The notes under the pieces were generated by a model, which saw only the letters and a list, made by a program, of their open reading frames with translations, had not been told where the DNA came from and did not search any database. DNA of 64,000 nt, from contig JAYWIR010000001.1 of the NCBI GenBank assembly GCA_036172245.1, positions 4,464,001 to 4,528,000 of the forward strand, in the 5' to 3' direction. The translations under genes and the position numbers were made by a program. Below, piece after piece: positions 37,401-50,300 of this stretch. How positions within the stretch are numbered: position 1 is the first letter of the stretch; each line of letters opens with the position of its first letter. This DNA comes from Raillietiella orientalis. Lineage: Eukaryota.

Positions 37401-40299
37401 CAATCTGAGATCGACTGAGAAAACTGAGGTAATTTGCATCTAATTCTTCTGAAAAGCTACCATCGACTATGTTATGAGATGAGGAAGAAAGATCTTAAAC
37501 CAATATATTGTGGAGATCGTAAAATATAGATGTATAGCAATGCCTAATATTGCAGTTCTATCACAGTTGGAAGTATGAACACAAGAATAAATATCGACTA
37601 AACGGAACATTTGTAAAATATCATAAGGGTTACATCACTACAGAACAGTCAATCTGAGAATTTGAGATTTGTTAAATTCAATTCAATTAGACATTGAATT
37701 CCACTTTACTCTCCACCTTTACTGTAATGATAATTGCTTTTTTCATCAATGAGTTATTGATCACACAAAATGCATAACCAACTGTTCATTGATTATGAAT
37801 CAATGTAACAAAAATAGGAATTGGTCAACTTTTGTTTTGAATAGGATCCGAAAAAGTAATCTTTTCTTATCGAAAATAGCACCCTAAGGTTTATTTTAAA
37901 AGAAGAAACAATAACGCTAATTTCAATGTTGATTCATCTACAGAAGTTTCTGATTTTATAATCTGAAAGTATTTCAAGACCTACTGATGTGATTTCAGCA
38001 TCGTCGATCATAACGATCCAGATATATGTTCCTTCATATCAACCTCTAAAGTTTTACTAAAAGACTATAGTGTTATTTCATAACTAACTTTCTCTCATCT
38101 GACTCATCGCAGAATAATTACTGAGAGTAATGTTTCATCATTCACTGAAACTATGTTTCATCATTCACTGGAAACACGGGATTAGTAACAAATACGGGAT
38201 TCTCTGGTAACGGGTTTTTAGACACTTGGTAGAAATGACAAAGTTTCATTTATAAATATTTTTTGTTTTACTAATTTTCATGACATAAGCATAATTACAT
38301 CTACAAAAACGATAGTACTCGAAAAACATCTATAAGAATCGGCCTTTCTCTCGAGCCTCGACTGTGGACATATATCTTCAATAGATTCTCGCAAACCGGT
38401 GACCTGGCAGGTCCCCATTAAATCGTGCGTAGTTGGACCACTGGTCCAAGCACAGTTCTTGTAATATGTTTGTACTTGAAATAAACGTCCCGGCACACCC
38501 GGGTGGAAATCAATAAATTCTCGCTATGAAGACTGCTTATTATATGAGCTTTCTTAAAATATGTACTGTCTAATACATCTTTTACTTTATGCAATCAAAT
38601 CCACCTTTTTTTCAAGCATCCTAACCACGTAAATCCAGAAATTTCTTTAATTATTTTATTTTTTAATTTTTTAACTATTGAAAGGTCTGAATGCTTATGA
38701 AAACAAACTAATTACAGTTATGCTTACCAATAATGGATGAAATTGGGAGATGACATGTCTGATTCAAATTACGCCATTAGTAACTTTACAAATCTGTTTA
38801 CTTGTATGAGGTCTTCGATCCATTTTCCTTTTCTGAGGAAACTGTATTTCAACATTTAATCTCAAGTATATTTGAAGCTTGGAAAGTAAGCATATGAAGG
38901 AAAACCTAGGGAAAGAAGTTGAATTAGCAGATTAATGAAGATTTCATCTATATTTTCAACATTTCCTGGGTGTAAAATTTCAATTTGCAAAGTCATGAAT
39001 TCAGACTTATATCCGAATACCTACCGATTTGTTTCTGTATATTTCCAGATGAATTTTTTTCATGTGTATGCGGGGATTTTAATTCTTTGTGTTTTCTTTC
39101 TAATTTCTTTTTTAGCAAATTAAATAAATGAGCATTCAAAACCATTTGAATGACAGCATTCAAGAATCTTTTTGTACCATCTGATGAATACTAGTATTGT
39201 GAATATAATTTGATAATATTCTTGGAGATCAATATAAAATGCAATTATATCATAAGGATCATTACTTGTTTTTATTCCATTGGAAAATTCAGGGAAAAAT
39301 GAATGTCAGTTTTTCAAATAAAATTATGGAAGAAATGCTATGAAAAATGCAATAATGTTATATAACTTATAGTGTCGAAATACTGTTACAATCAGATCTT
39401 AAGGATTCAATAAGATATTTAAGATAACTCATTATTTTAAGGTAAATAAATTCTAGATAATTATATCATGGATATTACGGATATCGTCTGTTAATTAATT
39501 TATTTTCCTTCAACATACATAATTAAACATAAGCTGCTTTACAAAATCGGAAGAATTCCAGAATGTACTCTAGTCACTTGAGGAATCACTATAGTAACGT
39601 GAAATGCACTTTAGCTAATTATGGCTAACTTCAAATTGGAAGACTGGTTCTTGTACTTTTACTAAAATTGATGATAAACTGTATTATTTATGCTGCTTGA
39701 CACTTTTCTTTACAGGTCTTTCTCTAGTCCATGAAGTGTTTCCTTTAACATCCATCAACTAGAATGTTCAAGGGACAAAAAGAATGCTCGCAATTTGTAG
39801 GACATTGTGAGCATACACTCTAATGACATTGTTGTATAACCAAAAACATAAACATTTCTCGTATATTTATAATCATTTATTGCATTCTGGTTTCCCATCT
39901 TTTCTCATCTTAAGAATACCTAACAAATTGACAGAGTGGAATTCAAATCGATGCTGATTTATAGCTTGCGAGTTTACTTAGAAAAACTAATTGGAAAAAA
40001 AAATTATATCAACAAAAAATTATATCTAAATCACAATTTCTTTCCAAACTATAGAACGATCATTTAAATTCAAGCATTGGTGTTATGTTTTTCATACTTT
40101 GACTGTCTTAAATGTTAGATAGTAAGTGAATGTAATGAACCCTAAGTTAGAACGATCTTAATGAGACACTGAGTGGTATCTCTGTGAAACTAGAGATGAA
40201 CTTTGTACATATGATATTCCATTTCTACATAAATCTTTGATGCCTATTTTATACTTTATGCTGTGAACACTGGAAACCGCTAAGCCCTCGAAATGAAAA

Positions 40300-42433
40300 A
40301 TGTCATGGATTCAGGAACTGGCTAATAAGACTGAGAATTTTTTGAATAAAGTTGATAAAACTGCGGCCGAAGCTCTGCATAAAACGAAGAAAGAATATAA
40401 TTTGTTACAGGTGACTCCAGCAAAATCTAGGTAGCAATAATTGGAAAGTGAATTGGGGTAGTATATTAGTATATGACAATACATTTGCAGGTCGTGCGCG
40501 CAACAAGTAAGTGAAAACGTTGGAAGTATTTCAAGTGAATGTAGTAGGAATTGTGAATCTGGCGTTGGTATCAATATATCAGGATTCCATTGCCACGTAA
40601 TTGATGATTCCTCAACTTTGAGAAGCCTTGAAAATGTGTGCACTGTTAGTAATGGCAACATAGTATGTATAGCAGCATATGTATGGTGAAAATAAATCAA
40701 CCTGTTTTTCAATCTCCATTTGGCTTTCATTTGTTGGTTTCCTTTTAGGAGAAACAGCATTTCCAAAATTCTTTATTTGATTCCAAGAATTGCTATAGTG
40801 GCCCTCATGCAGAGCATCTGTTTAGAGAGGAACTTCCAAGTGAGAATGAATTCATAAAATTAGGTATATGATTGATTCCCTTTTTTCATGATTTATAGTA
40901 GTGGTATCAATACTATATAAATCATAAAAGATTGAATTATATGTATTGGAAAAATTATTATTAAGTTGTAATAATTTCTAGATGTTAAAGAGATCTATGG
41001 AAATGCAGAAAATTGCAAGATACCTATTAGTTTTAATGATGAAAATGTTGATTGTGCAGATAGATCAGCTGGATACTTTGAATTGTGTGCAGTGGATAAT
41101 AATCTCGAGACAAGTTGTGAGGTAGAAGGACACTTAAAACAAAGGTATAACAAAGTGAGAATATGTAAAGAACGAAATGCAGGATCTTTCTCTCAGATAT
41201 GGTATTCTCCAAAAACAGTATGAGGAATTGGAGACCTCCACTGATGACCTCAAAAAAAAATTGCATTTGGAAACACAGAAAGTGCAACAATATTTACATG
41301 AAATGAAAGTAAATCAAACTGCATTAGATAAAGAAAAGCAAGAGTATGCAGATTATAAGAGGAAGGCGCAAAAGATCTTACAGTCAAAGGATCAATTGAT
41401 CAGCAGTCTGCAGCAGGGAAAAACTAATCCTGTAGAAATACAAGAAAACACCTTAAATCAGTTACGGTTAGTGATACTGCAGGACACCTATCATGATTTT
41501 AATTAGCAAATTAGTTTAGAGAAAGAATTCTTGAAGCAAGAGCTGAACCAATGTTATGGTAAAGTGGAAAGTCTGACAGCTGAAGTGCAGGAACTGGAAC
41601 ATCAGCTAGCAGAGGAAATAAATCACAATGCAAATTTGAGAAAATCACTTGAAGAACAAGAAGCTCTGTACGTACAAAAAGTTGATCATCATAAGATAGC
41701 ATATAAGCAAGTTGAGCAGGTTAGTATGATACAAAGAAATTCACTATGTGTTCAAGGAGGTGCAATATTTGAGGGCAGAACTAATTCAACAGCGTTTATC
41801 ATTTATCTCGCAATTGTCGAAACAAAATGAAGAATTGATGAAACTGCAAAAGCACTTAGAAATCGAAAATAGTCATCGACCACTTTCTGAACAGGAACAA
41901 CAAGTGCAAGTTTTCAGTGAAATGTTGATTCAAAAACAGAACGTTGTAGAAACACTGAGTGCAGAAAGGAATCTTCTATTGATGCAATTAGAAAAGAAAG
42001 AGGTAATATTAAAAAAGAAAACTGTGAAAGAGCTAATTATGAAAGGAATTAAGAATGAAATGAAACAGCTGCAACAGCTTCAGCAAAGCAGGCCAATCCA
42101 AAGTGCTAATTACACTGATGAAGGTATGGATAAACACTGATTCCACAAGCTAAAAAGAAAGACTAGCTAAAGTCCGGATGCTTCACTTTATGATTGAACG
42201 ACCTGGGGACAGGCATCTAGTTAGGCTGTTGAAAAAACTATACCAATGGTTGGATGCCATCAGCTTACAGTTGGCATTCCTCATGAGAACATGGTCACCT
42301 GCCAGAGTTTTCCTCTTGCTTTACATGGTAAGGTAGAAGCAACTGAAAAGCCTATTCATGTATGCATCAGGTGTTTTTAAATGCCTGGATTCTTGTAGTT
42401 TTGTTTGGATCCCGTCCAGAATTTTCCCAATAA
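40300..42433 (+). CDS. GOLGA5: Golgin subfamily A member 5 (golgin-84): coiled coil with C-terminal TM anchor, multi-exon
   Basis: N-terminus MSWIQELANKTENFLNKVDKTAAEAL, YADYKRKAQKILQSKDQLISSL, LIQKQNVVETLSAERNLLLMQLE, and C-terminus LDAISLQLAFL...ARVFLLLYM|VFLNAWILVVLFGSRPEFSQ*. Last exons 41515-41719, 41757-42002, 42054-42123, 42167-42327, 42371-42433. Exon edges between 40.43 and 41.18 kb are less certain. Confidence 0.85.
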
Positions 42434-42487
42434 ACAAAGGTACAGTGTTATGCAATAATACAAGACAACAATTGGAATACAGTGAAC

Positions 42488-43778
42488 TTAGAGGAGATCA
42501 GGGTTTTCGTTAAGGCTCCGTTTGACTCTTAGCAACATGGTGGCATACCATTGATCTAAGCGAGATATGGAATCATATTCTTTCACTGCATCTGTAAATC
42601 CATCAATATTTTGTTCTTCTACATGACTTAAAATTGTCTTCAAAAACTTAAATTCCCTGGAATCCTGTACTGAAGGCAACATTTCTTCATAACGGTGCAT
42701 TGCATGAGTAGCATTAAGTACATCAATGCACAGGTGACAAAGGGCTGCACGAAAAAAATGATCCCTAGCCGTGTACTTGAGAAGACTGTTTGGCAAAGAA
42801 CTGATTGCAACCTTAACAAGAGAAAACTTAAATATCCTGGAATGCAACATCAGACCTGTTCATAAATCTTGGCTGCTTCTTCATATTTCTCTAGTATTGC
42901 TTTATAATGAGCCACTTTCAAAAGACAGCGATTGGCAGAACTAATGTTCTCTTCACCTTTATAATAATCAGCTGCTTGCTCATAATGTTGAACTGCCTTC
43001 TCTGTATCAGTCAAATCAGTTTCGTAGATTTCTGCGATGTTTTGATGATTTCTTGCTGCCATTACAAAACGGCCCATATCTGTGTAAATTTCTATAGCTT
43101 TCAGGTAGCAATTTACTGCCTCTAAAATCCAATTAACATCAGCAGAAGGCGCATTAAAAACGAAAATGTACCTGCAGGATTAGTTTTTCTGAAACAGCTA
43201 GCTGCATCAATGTAATTGGATGATGCATCATGTCTTGTACCATTCTTCAGATGCAATGCTGCAGCTTCACAAAAAGCATTACCAGCTGAATCCCACTTCT
43301 TTGCTAGCTTGAACATGTTAGCAGCTCTCTGATATAACTCTGAAGCTTCATCCAGTTTACTTGCTCCACTGAAATTTTAAACATAATATCAACGATGCTG
43401 TCTTTATTTTTTATGCCTAAATTCACTCACTCACAAAAGAATCATGCAATATACAGCCCATCACAAAAGTGGACTGCACAATGGATTTATAAGCTATAAT
43501 TAAGCAAGTTACGGTTTTGCATTCCGATTATTCAATCAATCAAAAACGAATAACTTCATATGTGCTGCAACCTTCCTTGCCACAGCTTTTCAAATTCCAA
43601 ACAAAATTCCAATACATGCTGGCACCTGGGTGCCTCTTCGGATCGATATTTTGAATGGAGTGAATAAAATTTTGTACTATTACCCAAAGAATGAACCAAA
43701 GAATCCATGACAAAATTTTTTCTTTTTTTCTGCATCAGCTATAAATTGTAAAGCCTTCTGTTCGTTGGAATCTGTCAT
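42488..43778 (-). CDS. NAPA: Alpha-soluble NSF attachment protein (alpha-SNAP), 4 exons, 293 aa
   Basis: Exons 43778-43684, 43368-43172, 43121-42856, 42811-42488 (882 nt). Motifs [53 protein letters not shown], and terminal DLL. Confidence 0.96.
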
Positions 43779-45849
43779 TTTCCACCAACAATTTCTTATT
43801 TGACAGAAGCGAACGGCACAATCATTGCAATGTTCCTTGCCGTTTTCAACATCGAAGGTGTTCTTACGACAAAAAAATAAGATTTTCGTACAATCATATA
43901 CCCTAAATCAAATGTATTCCTTCGAGAACTATCAATTTAAAAAACGGTGGTATCGAACATTATGTTTTGTTATTTTGTCTATTCCACAACACAGACTTCC
44001 TTTAACATTTTGAGATTTTATTTACCAGTGCATACGCGTTCTGTAGCAGAAAATATTTGCCAATGGACAAAAATCAATATTTAGAAAAATACTGCAAAGA
44101 TATTGACCTTCATGTTATTTATATTAACGCAAAATATAATCGACATTGTGAATTTGTTAATTTGGAACAAAATCTCAAAACATAAATGTTTGTTCATCTC
44201 GAGCATCTTCAAACCGTTGAAATACGAGAACAAACCACAACGAAGTAGTAATATTAAGAAACTAATAATCCTAAGATGACAGGAGTCTACATTATAGAGA
44301 AACACGGTTCTATTTCCAAGCATGCAGCGACTTCGAGGAGAAAAATCTCATATAAACGTTACAAGTAATGCGACATTGATAAGGTCCAAATAATAAGCGT
44401 GAAGTTATCCTTTCAGGATATACTAGAAAAATAAACTAATTTTATAATAATAAATGTATGGATCTTCGGAGATCATTGCAGACAGAGCGGTTAAAAAGTG
44501 GCAGCTCTCTTCAACCTTTGAAAGTACAATGACATAGCAAATACTAGAACAGTGGTTAACGAGGTTTAATTAAAGATCGACCACAAAGAATTACACTTTT
44601 TTACAGCAACAGCACAACTCATGTTGGTTATGGATTCATCATAATACAAAATAATAGAATCCTCAAGACAGATGAAACTATGAAGCCCCATAAATTACGA
44701 TTCTTGCCCTCTCATTAGCTTAAATATAGACTGAATCTAATTCGAACCGACTTCATACTTTCATTCATACAATGAAATACTTCAATACTTAAAAGAGCTG
44801 CATTTTGTCTACCATTCATGGAATCAGACCAATTGACCCAGATTTAAAATCTAATTCGAATAATGACTAATTCAGTGCACGATCTACGATACATTTTCTG
44901 TGTGGGCAGTTTTATCGATCAAGACAACCGACCTCTCTCAGGAACGATTTCTAAATCTTTCAGTCTTTATTCTAAAACAGAACTGTTTTTGGTTAAAGAA
45001 AGTTCGCATCCACAGATTTCCATAAAAAACCTCTTCGAAATCTTGCAGATCAAAAAACCTCGAATAGATAGTAGATCAAAAAGCATAACTTGATGATCAT
45101 TGTCTCTGGGACCAGAGTCACTGATACTATGCAGATTTAGTATGTTGCATAGTGAGTAAGTAGTACGTCTCCACCGTATCTATTCTATTCGTATGGGACT
45201 GTAAAGTGCTGAACCTTACTACGGGGAAGGAATGACTACTACTACTGTATTCACTCCATTTCTGTAACTATTTAAATATGTTTAAATAATTGATCCTGAT
45301 GATAATAATGAATGTTCTGTTTTACATACTCTTTTAAGTTAAGTTACCTTTTGTACAGTTGAATCTGAGTTCGGTTTGAAAAACGTTTACTACGTTTTAT
45401 TGAGATTTGTATTCAAAGTTAGAATTCTTCATATGAAACCTGGTGGATTGCATGAGATCTTATTGCTTTACTATGTATGCTCGTTTATTTATAAAGAAAA
45501 TGGGATGCATTATATTACTACTACTATATCTATGAGTACATCATAACTAATAGCACATGATTGGAATGATTGCAGACTAAACAGCATCATGCGATACTTA
45601 TTCTGTTATAAACTAAAGTGTATTATTTAATAATTCTCTTAAGGCTTATGAGAGGACAGATATTATCGATAATTTATTATTATATTTGTTATTTACGGAG
45701 TATTATGTTGAGATGTCAACTGTCAACAATGCAAAATTCAGGATGTACAAGAAAAAACGTGTATAGACGTAGGTGAAAAGTATATGGCCTATAACCATAA
45801 CTTTGATACAACAGAGGAGTCCAAATAGTATAAAAGTTGATGACAATTA

Positions 45850-47300
45850 ATGAAAATCACGATTAAAACCAGTTTTCCGGTCGTAGCCTTAGGTGTATCC
45901 CGCGAGCTGCAGTGAGCACCCACTAGTGCTACTGGGGATGAGGCTGAGAAGCCTCGCCGAAAGTAACCAAAGAAGATTGCCCAATTTTGCTTGAAGTGAT
46001 ATTCGACGGATCAGGAAGCATCAGAACAAGATTGGAAGAAAGATTTATTTTTCACAGGAGCTCACGCACGCGCCTCACTTTAAAAATCTGCACAGGCATG
46101 CGGTCACACTTTTACTTTTGATTGGCTTCGTATGAAACCTTTGGACCGTGAATTCAGCGTGGAAGATGACTTCTTCCTTTTGTTGACACAGTGAAACGAG
46201 ACAGATAATTGCTAACTCGAAGGGATGTTGGGTTTTGCTTCGAAATATGACGCAGAAGAATATCCTTGACATTGTTCACCATTTTCAGAAAGAGTCTGAA
46301 ATTTGCAAATCTCGAGTGTATTAATCTGTGTTCTGTCCGTAGAAGAAAAAAAAAACAGGTATTTGATGCTGATACACTAACTGAAAGTGCTCAGAACTCC
46401 CAATCTCTTCGAATGAGTCCATCAACGGAGTGTCTCCACAATACAGCGACAGACGTCATGTAAGGAAAAAGACAATTTTTTTTTTTTTGATCCATTGAGC
46501 ACCGAGGTATTTGGAGTTTCATTTTGTATCAAGTATAAGGATATTACATTTGTTTCCCGAATTCTAGAATACCAGGTTCAGGACGTCCTACTGTTACGGA
46601 ATAACTGGTGCCACGTCCTTGAATTTTTTCGGAAAGGCGATGTGTACAATCCAAAGGAATCGGGAATCGCACTGTGGTCGACAGAAAGTTTATGTTAAGA
46701 TGGATAGTCAAAGAAGCAGATGAGTAGCTCGGTTTTGTCACTGCTCCTAACATACAATGATCTGATGAAAGGTCATCTTTGACCATCCTGAAATATTTGC
46801 CACCACAATGTTACAATATTCGAATCCATTCAAAGTATATTTGAATATTAAAATCGGCATGGGTCCTGAGCACAGGTGGGGCAAACAAGTAATGGCTGAC
46901 ATCGAATCGGAACTCTGTTTTGATCGATTTTATCCAGGGATGAGAAAAGCTCCTAATGTATAGATCGTTTCTCCGAACGTTCCAGTGTACAACTTTAGAA
47001 CACTGAATCAGTGATCATATTAGCTGATGTGGTGAAAGATCGAATAAGAGAAGCCTTTGAATTCTTGTATCATATTTCCATATACTGAAGAACATCTTTC
47101 ATATCTACAGCACAAAACTACCAAGTGGCATGCCCTGAAGGGTTGTGGTTGAAAAGCCTTTATATTTCATACTTTAAGGGGGTCTACCATTAATGGAATC
47201 AAGCCAAGTGACTGACCATCATTTCCACACACGATGCGTGTGGATGGATAATAAGAAGGGAAAAAAACATCTCTCTGAGAGAATAAGCATAGATTGCAGT
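45850..47300 (-). mobile_element. Decayed LINE remnant (APE endonuclease and start of RT)
   Basis: Minus-strand fragments RPP (~YRPP, ~47180), ADFN (~GDFN, ~46850), LSSDH (~46760), KTQHPFELAIICLVSL (~KDPxxxxNYRPISL, ~46210). Confidence 0.4.
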
Positions 47301-50300
47301 AGAATCGAAGGGGGGGGGGACCACAACTAGATTGCAAAGTGCTTCAGAGATTCTAATTTTTTGAGAGCAGCACACACACGAGCACACACAAAAATACCAA
47401 AGTACAGTTGCAAAAAAATGTCGAGATGCTTTTTGAACCGTTAAATCAAATTATATGCCAATATGGCTCCAGGTGCTCATTTAAGGAATCATGTAGATTT
47501 GTTATAACCATTCATGGCACCATGCATACTGCATATCACGATGAATCAAAAGTCACAGATAGAATCTGAATCGAAACTGAGGGAGGATCAAAGAAATGTC
47601 ACTTTTCTTGCTTAGATGCGTGGGGATGGTGCAAAAAAGTAGTCTCATAGAAAACCTGAGAGTGTAAAAATCCCGAGAGAAAATTCCTGATCCGGAAAAT
47701 CCACATTACGAAACGATTCACCCAAAGAGAGAGAGAAGTAGGTGGTTGCTTCATCGAGCTCCCCATGTGGCATCCCACGCGATTTCATTCCAAACCGATG
47801 CGTGGACCGTTAAGAGCATTTGCCGTAATTGAATGCAGAATGCTAATGACCCTGTTAGGGAATATAGCATTTCACTACACCTTAGGTGACAACCTATGGG
47901 TCACAGCTTGCTATGAACTGTTTACAGCTTGCACCCTGAAGATATTTTTGTCCTTATCTTGCCAAATGAAATCGACCAAAGTACCAAAGTCAGCAGCTAA
48001 CCAATGTGGAAACTGAAATGTGCGTCGAAACGATTTAAATGACGTTCCTTGCATGTACCAAGGAAAGATATCAGCGTGTGAAAGCACATTCTGAGGGTAA
48101 TTGGTTTATAACAGGAAGAATATGGATGTACTAGCCGGGTTGCAGATCAGAATGAGAGTTCATACCATGGAGGAGAGTTTCATCGGAGTTGATCGTAGTT
48201 GCATCCGCGTGCACTTTCTGCTTATATTGGGAACTTCATCTGGTGCAATAAATAAAGCCTTAAAAACTTAATAGTCTCAGAAGCTTTTGACAGAAGCCTT
48301 GAAAACTCAATATGGTGAAATTATCTTGTTCTTAGAATTATAGAGAAATTCGTAGAATCCAGAGAAATTCTTAGCGCTGTAAGAACATACCTTCAAAGTT
48401 TATACAAGCAGTTTTTGATGGCAAGAAAGGTTCCTGAAAGATTTGTTCTACGCTGAAAAACTGAAAGGAGACGAAACGAATACTTCAAAAATCTCAAATC
48501 TGAAAAATTAGAACGATTTTTTTCTAGAAATCGTTTTCCTAGGATATGGATCGTTCGTCATCGTTTCATATAACTACATTGACAGAGCTGTATGATTTTA
48601 GAGTTTTCTAACCACACCTGTTGATCGCCTGTTAATAACGGTGAAGTTCCCGTTGGATTTTAAGCGGCGGTCATGTTGTGCCTTGCGTTTCTATCGTAGA
48701 TGATTAGAAATACTGGGGAATACGAAGATACAATCTTGCGAGTAGTATCCAAAGAGGGCTACCGAGTTTCACATTGGATCGAAGAATTAAAAACAATAAC
48801 GGAGATTACTTTTTGTTGATACCTTTCATGTAGAAGTTATAATCTGTAGCAATTACTTTGCATTATCCGCTTCACTTTTCGAATTTCTTTCCGTAGAGAA
48901 AACACGGTGTTTAACTTGATAAGGGTGGTCAAATATGTGGATAGATCTTGGAGCTTCAGTGCATTCTTTCCTTAATTTTTTTTTCTACCGCCAGTATAAA
49001 TAATCTGCTGAATTTGGAACTGAAATTATTTCGGAAGCCTATGGCATCTTAAGAATAAAGAATTCAAAGAAGTCTCTTGAAGCTTGGTTCCTTCTGAATC
49101 TTCAAACCAGCTGGTATCTCTAATTTTTTGTAAAGTCTTCTGCTTTCAGCTTTTTAATTTACATTCAACGAAGACTGCAAAACGTTTTCTCGTTCATGCC
49201 AATCCTGTTATCCCAATGTTTTTTTTTTTTTTTTTTCAAAATCTCGTTTTAAATATTGAAGAACGCCCAGTGCGTTTAAAACGAATTCATAAAATGGGAT
49301 GCACCTATGTAAAGCTTGTCTGCCTGAATTCGAACACTTGCTCGGAATTTTCGAAAAGTAATTTTTTTTTTCATTCATGGGTTTTCGCTGTTCTTGAAGT
49401 TTTCCTTCTTAATTTTTTTATTTTATATTTTTTTATTCATTCATTTTTCCATCTCATGTTTCATTTTCATACGAAATATTTAGTATTTTTTATCTTATTT
49501 TTTTTAAATGATGCACAATTGCATAAACCTGTAGCTAGAAACAAAAGGAATTTGCGTTTGCCGTATTCAGTCGCCTTCGATTTTTGTCGAAAGTAAATTG
49601 AGACCTTTCAAGTTCACGGAGAGACACTGGAAATGATAATCCTGAGAATTCTGAGAATTGCGAAGGTTGGGAATCGTTCGCGCGTTTTTCTACAGGGTAA
49701 CTGCTTCGATACGTTTGACTTCGATTTCCAAAGGGTGAAGCCGTTTCATTGATGAATCAGGGTAGCCCATGCTGCGAGAACGAAGATCGCAAAATAAACT
49801 TTGCAAAGAGCTCATGTTAATCATGTCAATACTCATGTTATGCTTTGTTTGAATGGTTGGTTTCCGGCAAAGAAGATGATTTATGATGAAAAAAGATCAG
49901 CAATCCGACTGCTCTCTGGTCTTTCTTTCTAGTATCTTTTTAAATTTTTATTAGCTTTATCAATGTGGCAATTTTCAATGAAATGGCATCACTCTGTGAC
50001 CGTTTTCTTAAATCAAAGTGCTGTACACGAACCATATTTTCCTTCCAGGCAAAACAGTTAACTAATCATCTATCATTATTTTTAACTGGAAGCATGTCTT
50101 GGAAACAGCACCCCACTACATCCGAGTGCTATTAAAACAAAATGCTTCACGCTCCTTCATTCTTCCAAATATCGAAGTTTCACGCATTCAAGCAGCCAGA
50201 ACTTGACGTTTTGCTATTGAAGCACTTGAGTACCCCTGAGGTGCTAATTACACTATTGATTTTTACAGAGGTCAGCAGCGAACCTGACAAGATCATTACT

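Noticed and set aside
38130..38175. Two-copy ~23-bp direct repeat (atgtttcatcattcactg)
   Set aside because: Simple local slippage duplication with no associated structure.
45662..45673. DRE-like palindrome ATTATCGATAAT
   Set aside because: About 1.9 kb from the nearest start codon in AT-rich DNA; compatible with chance.
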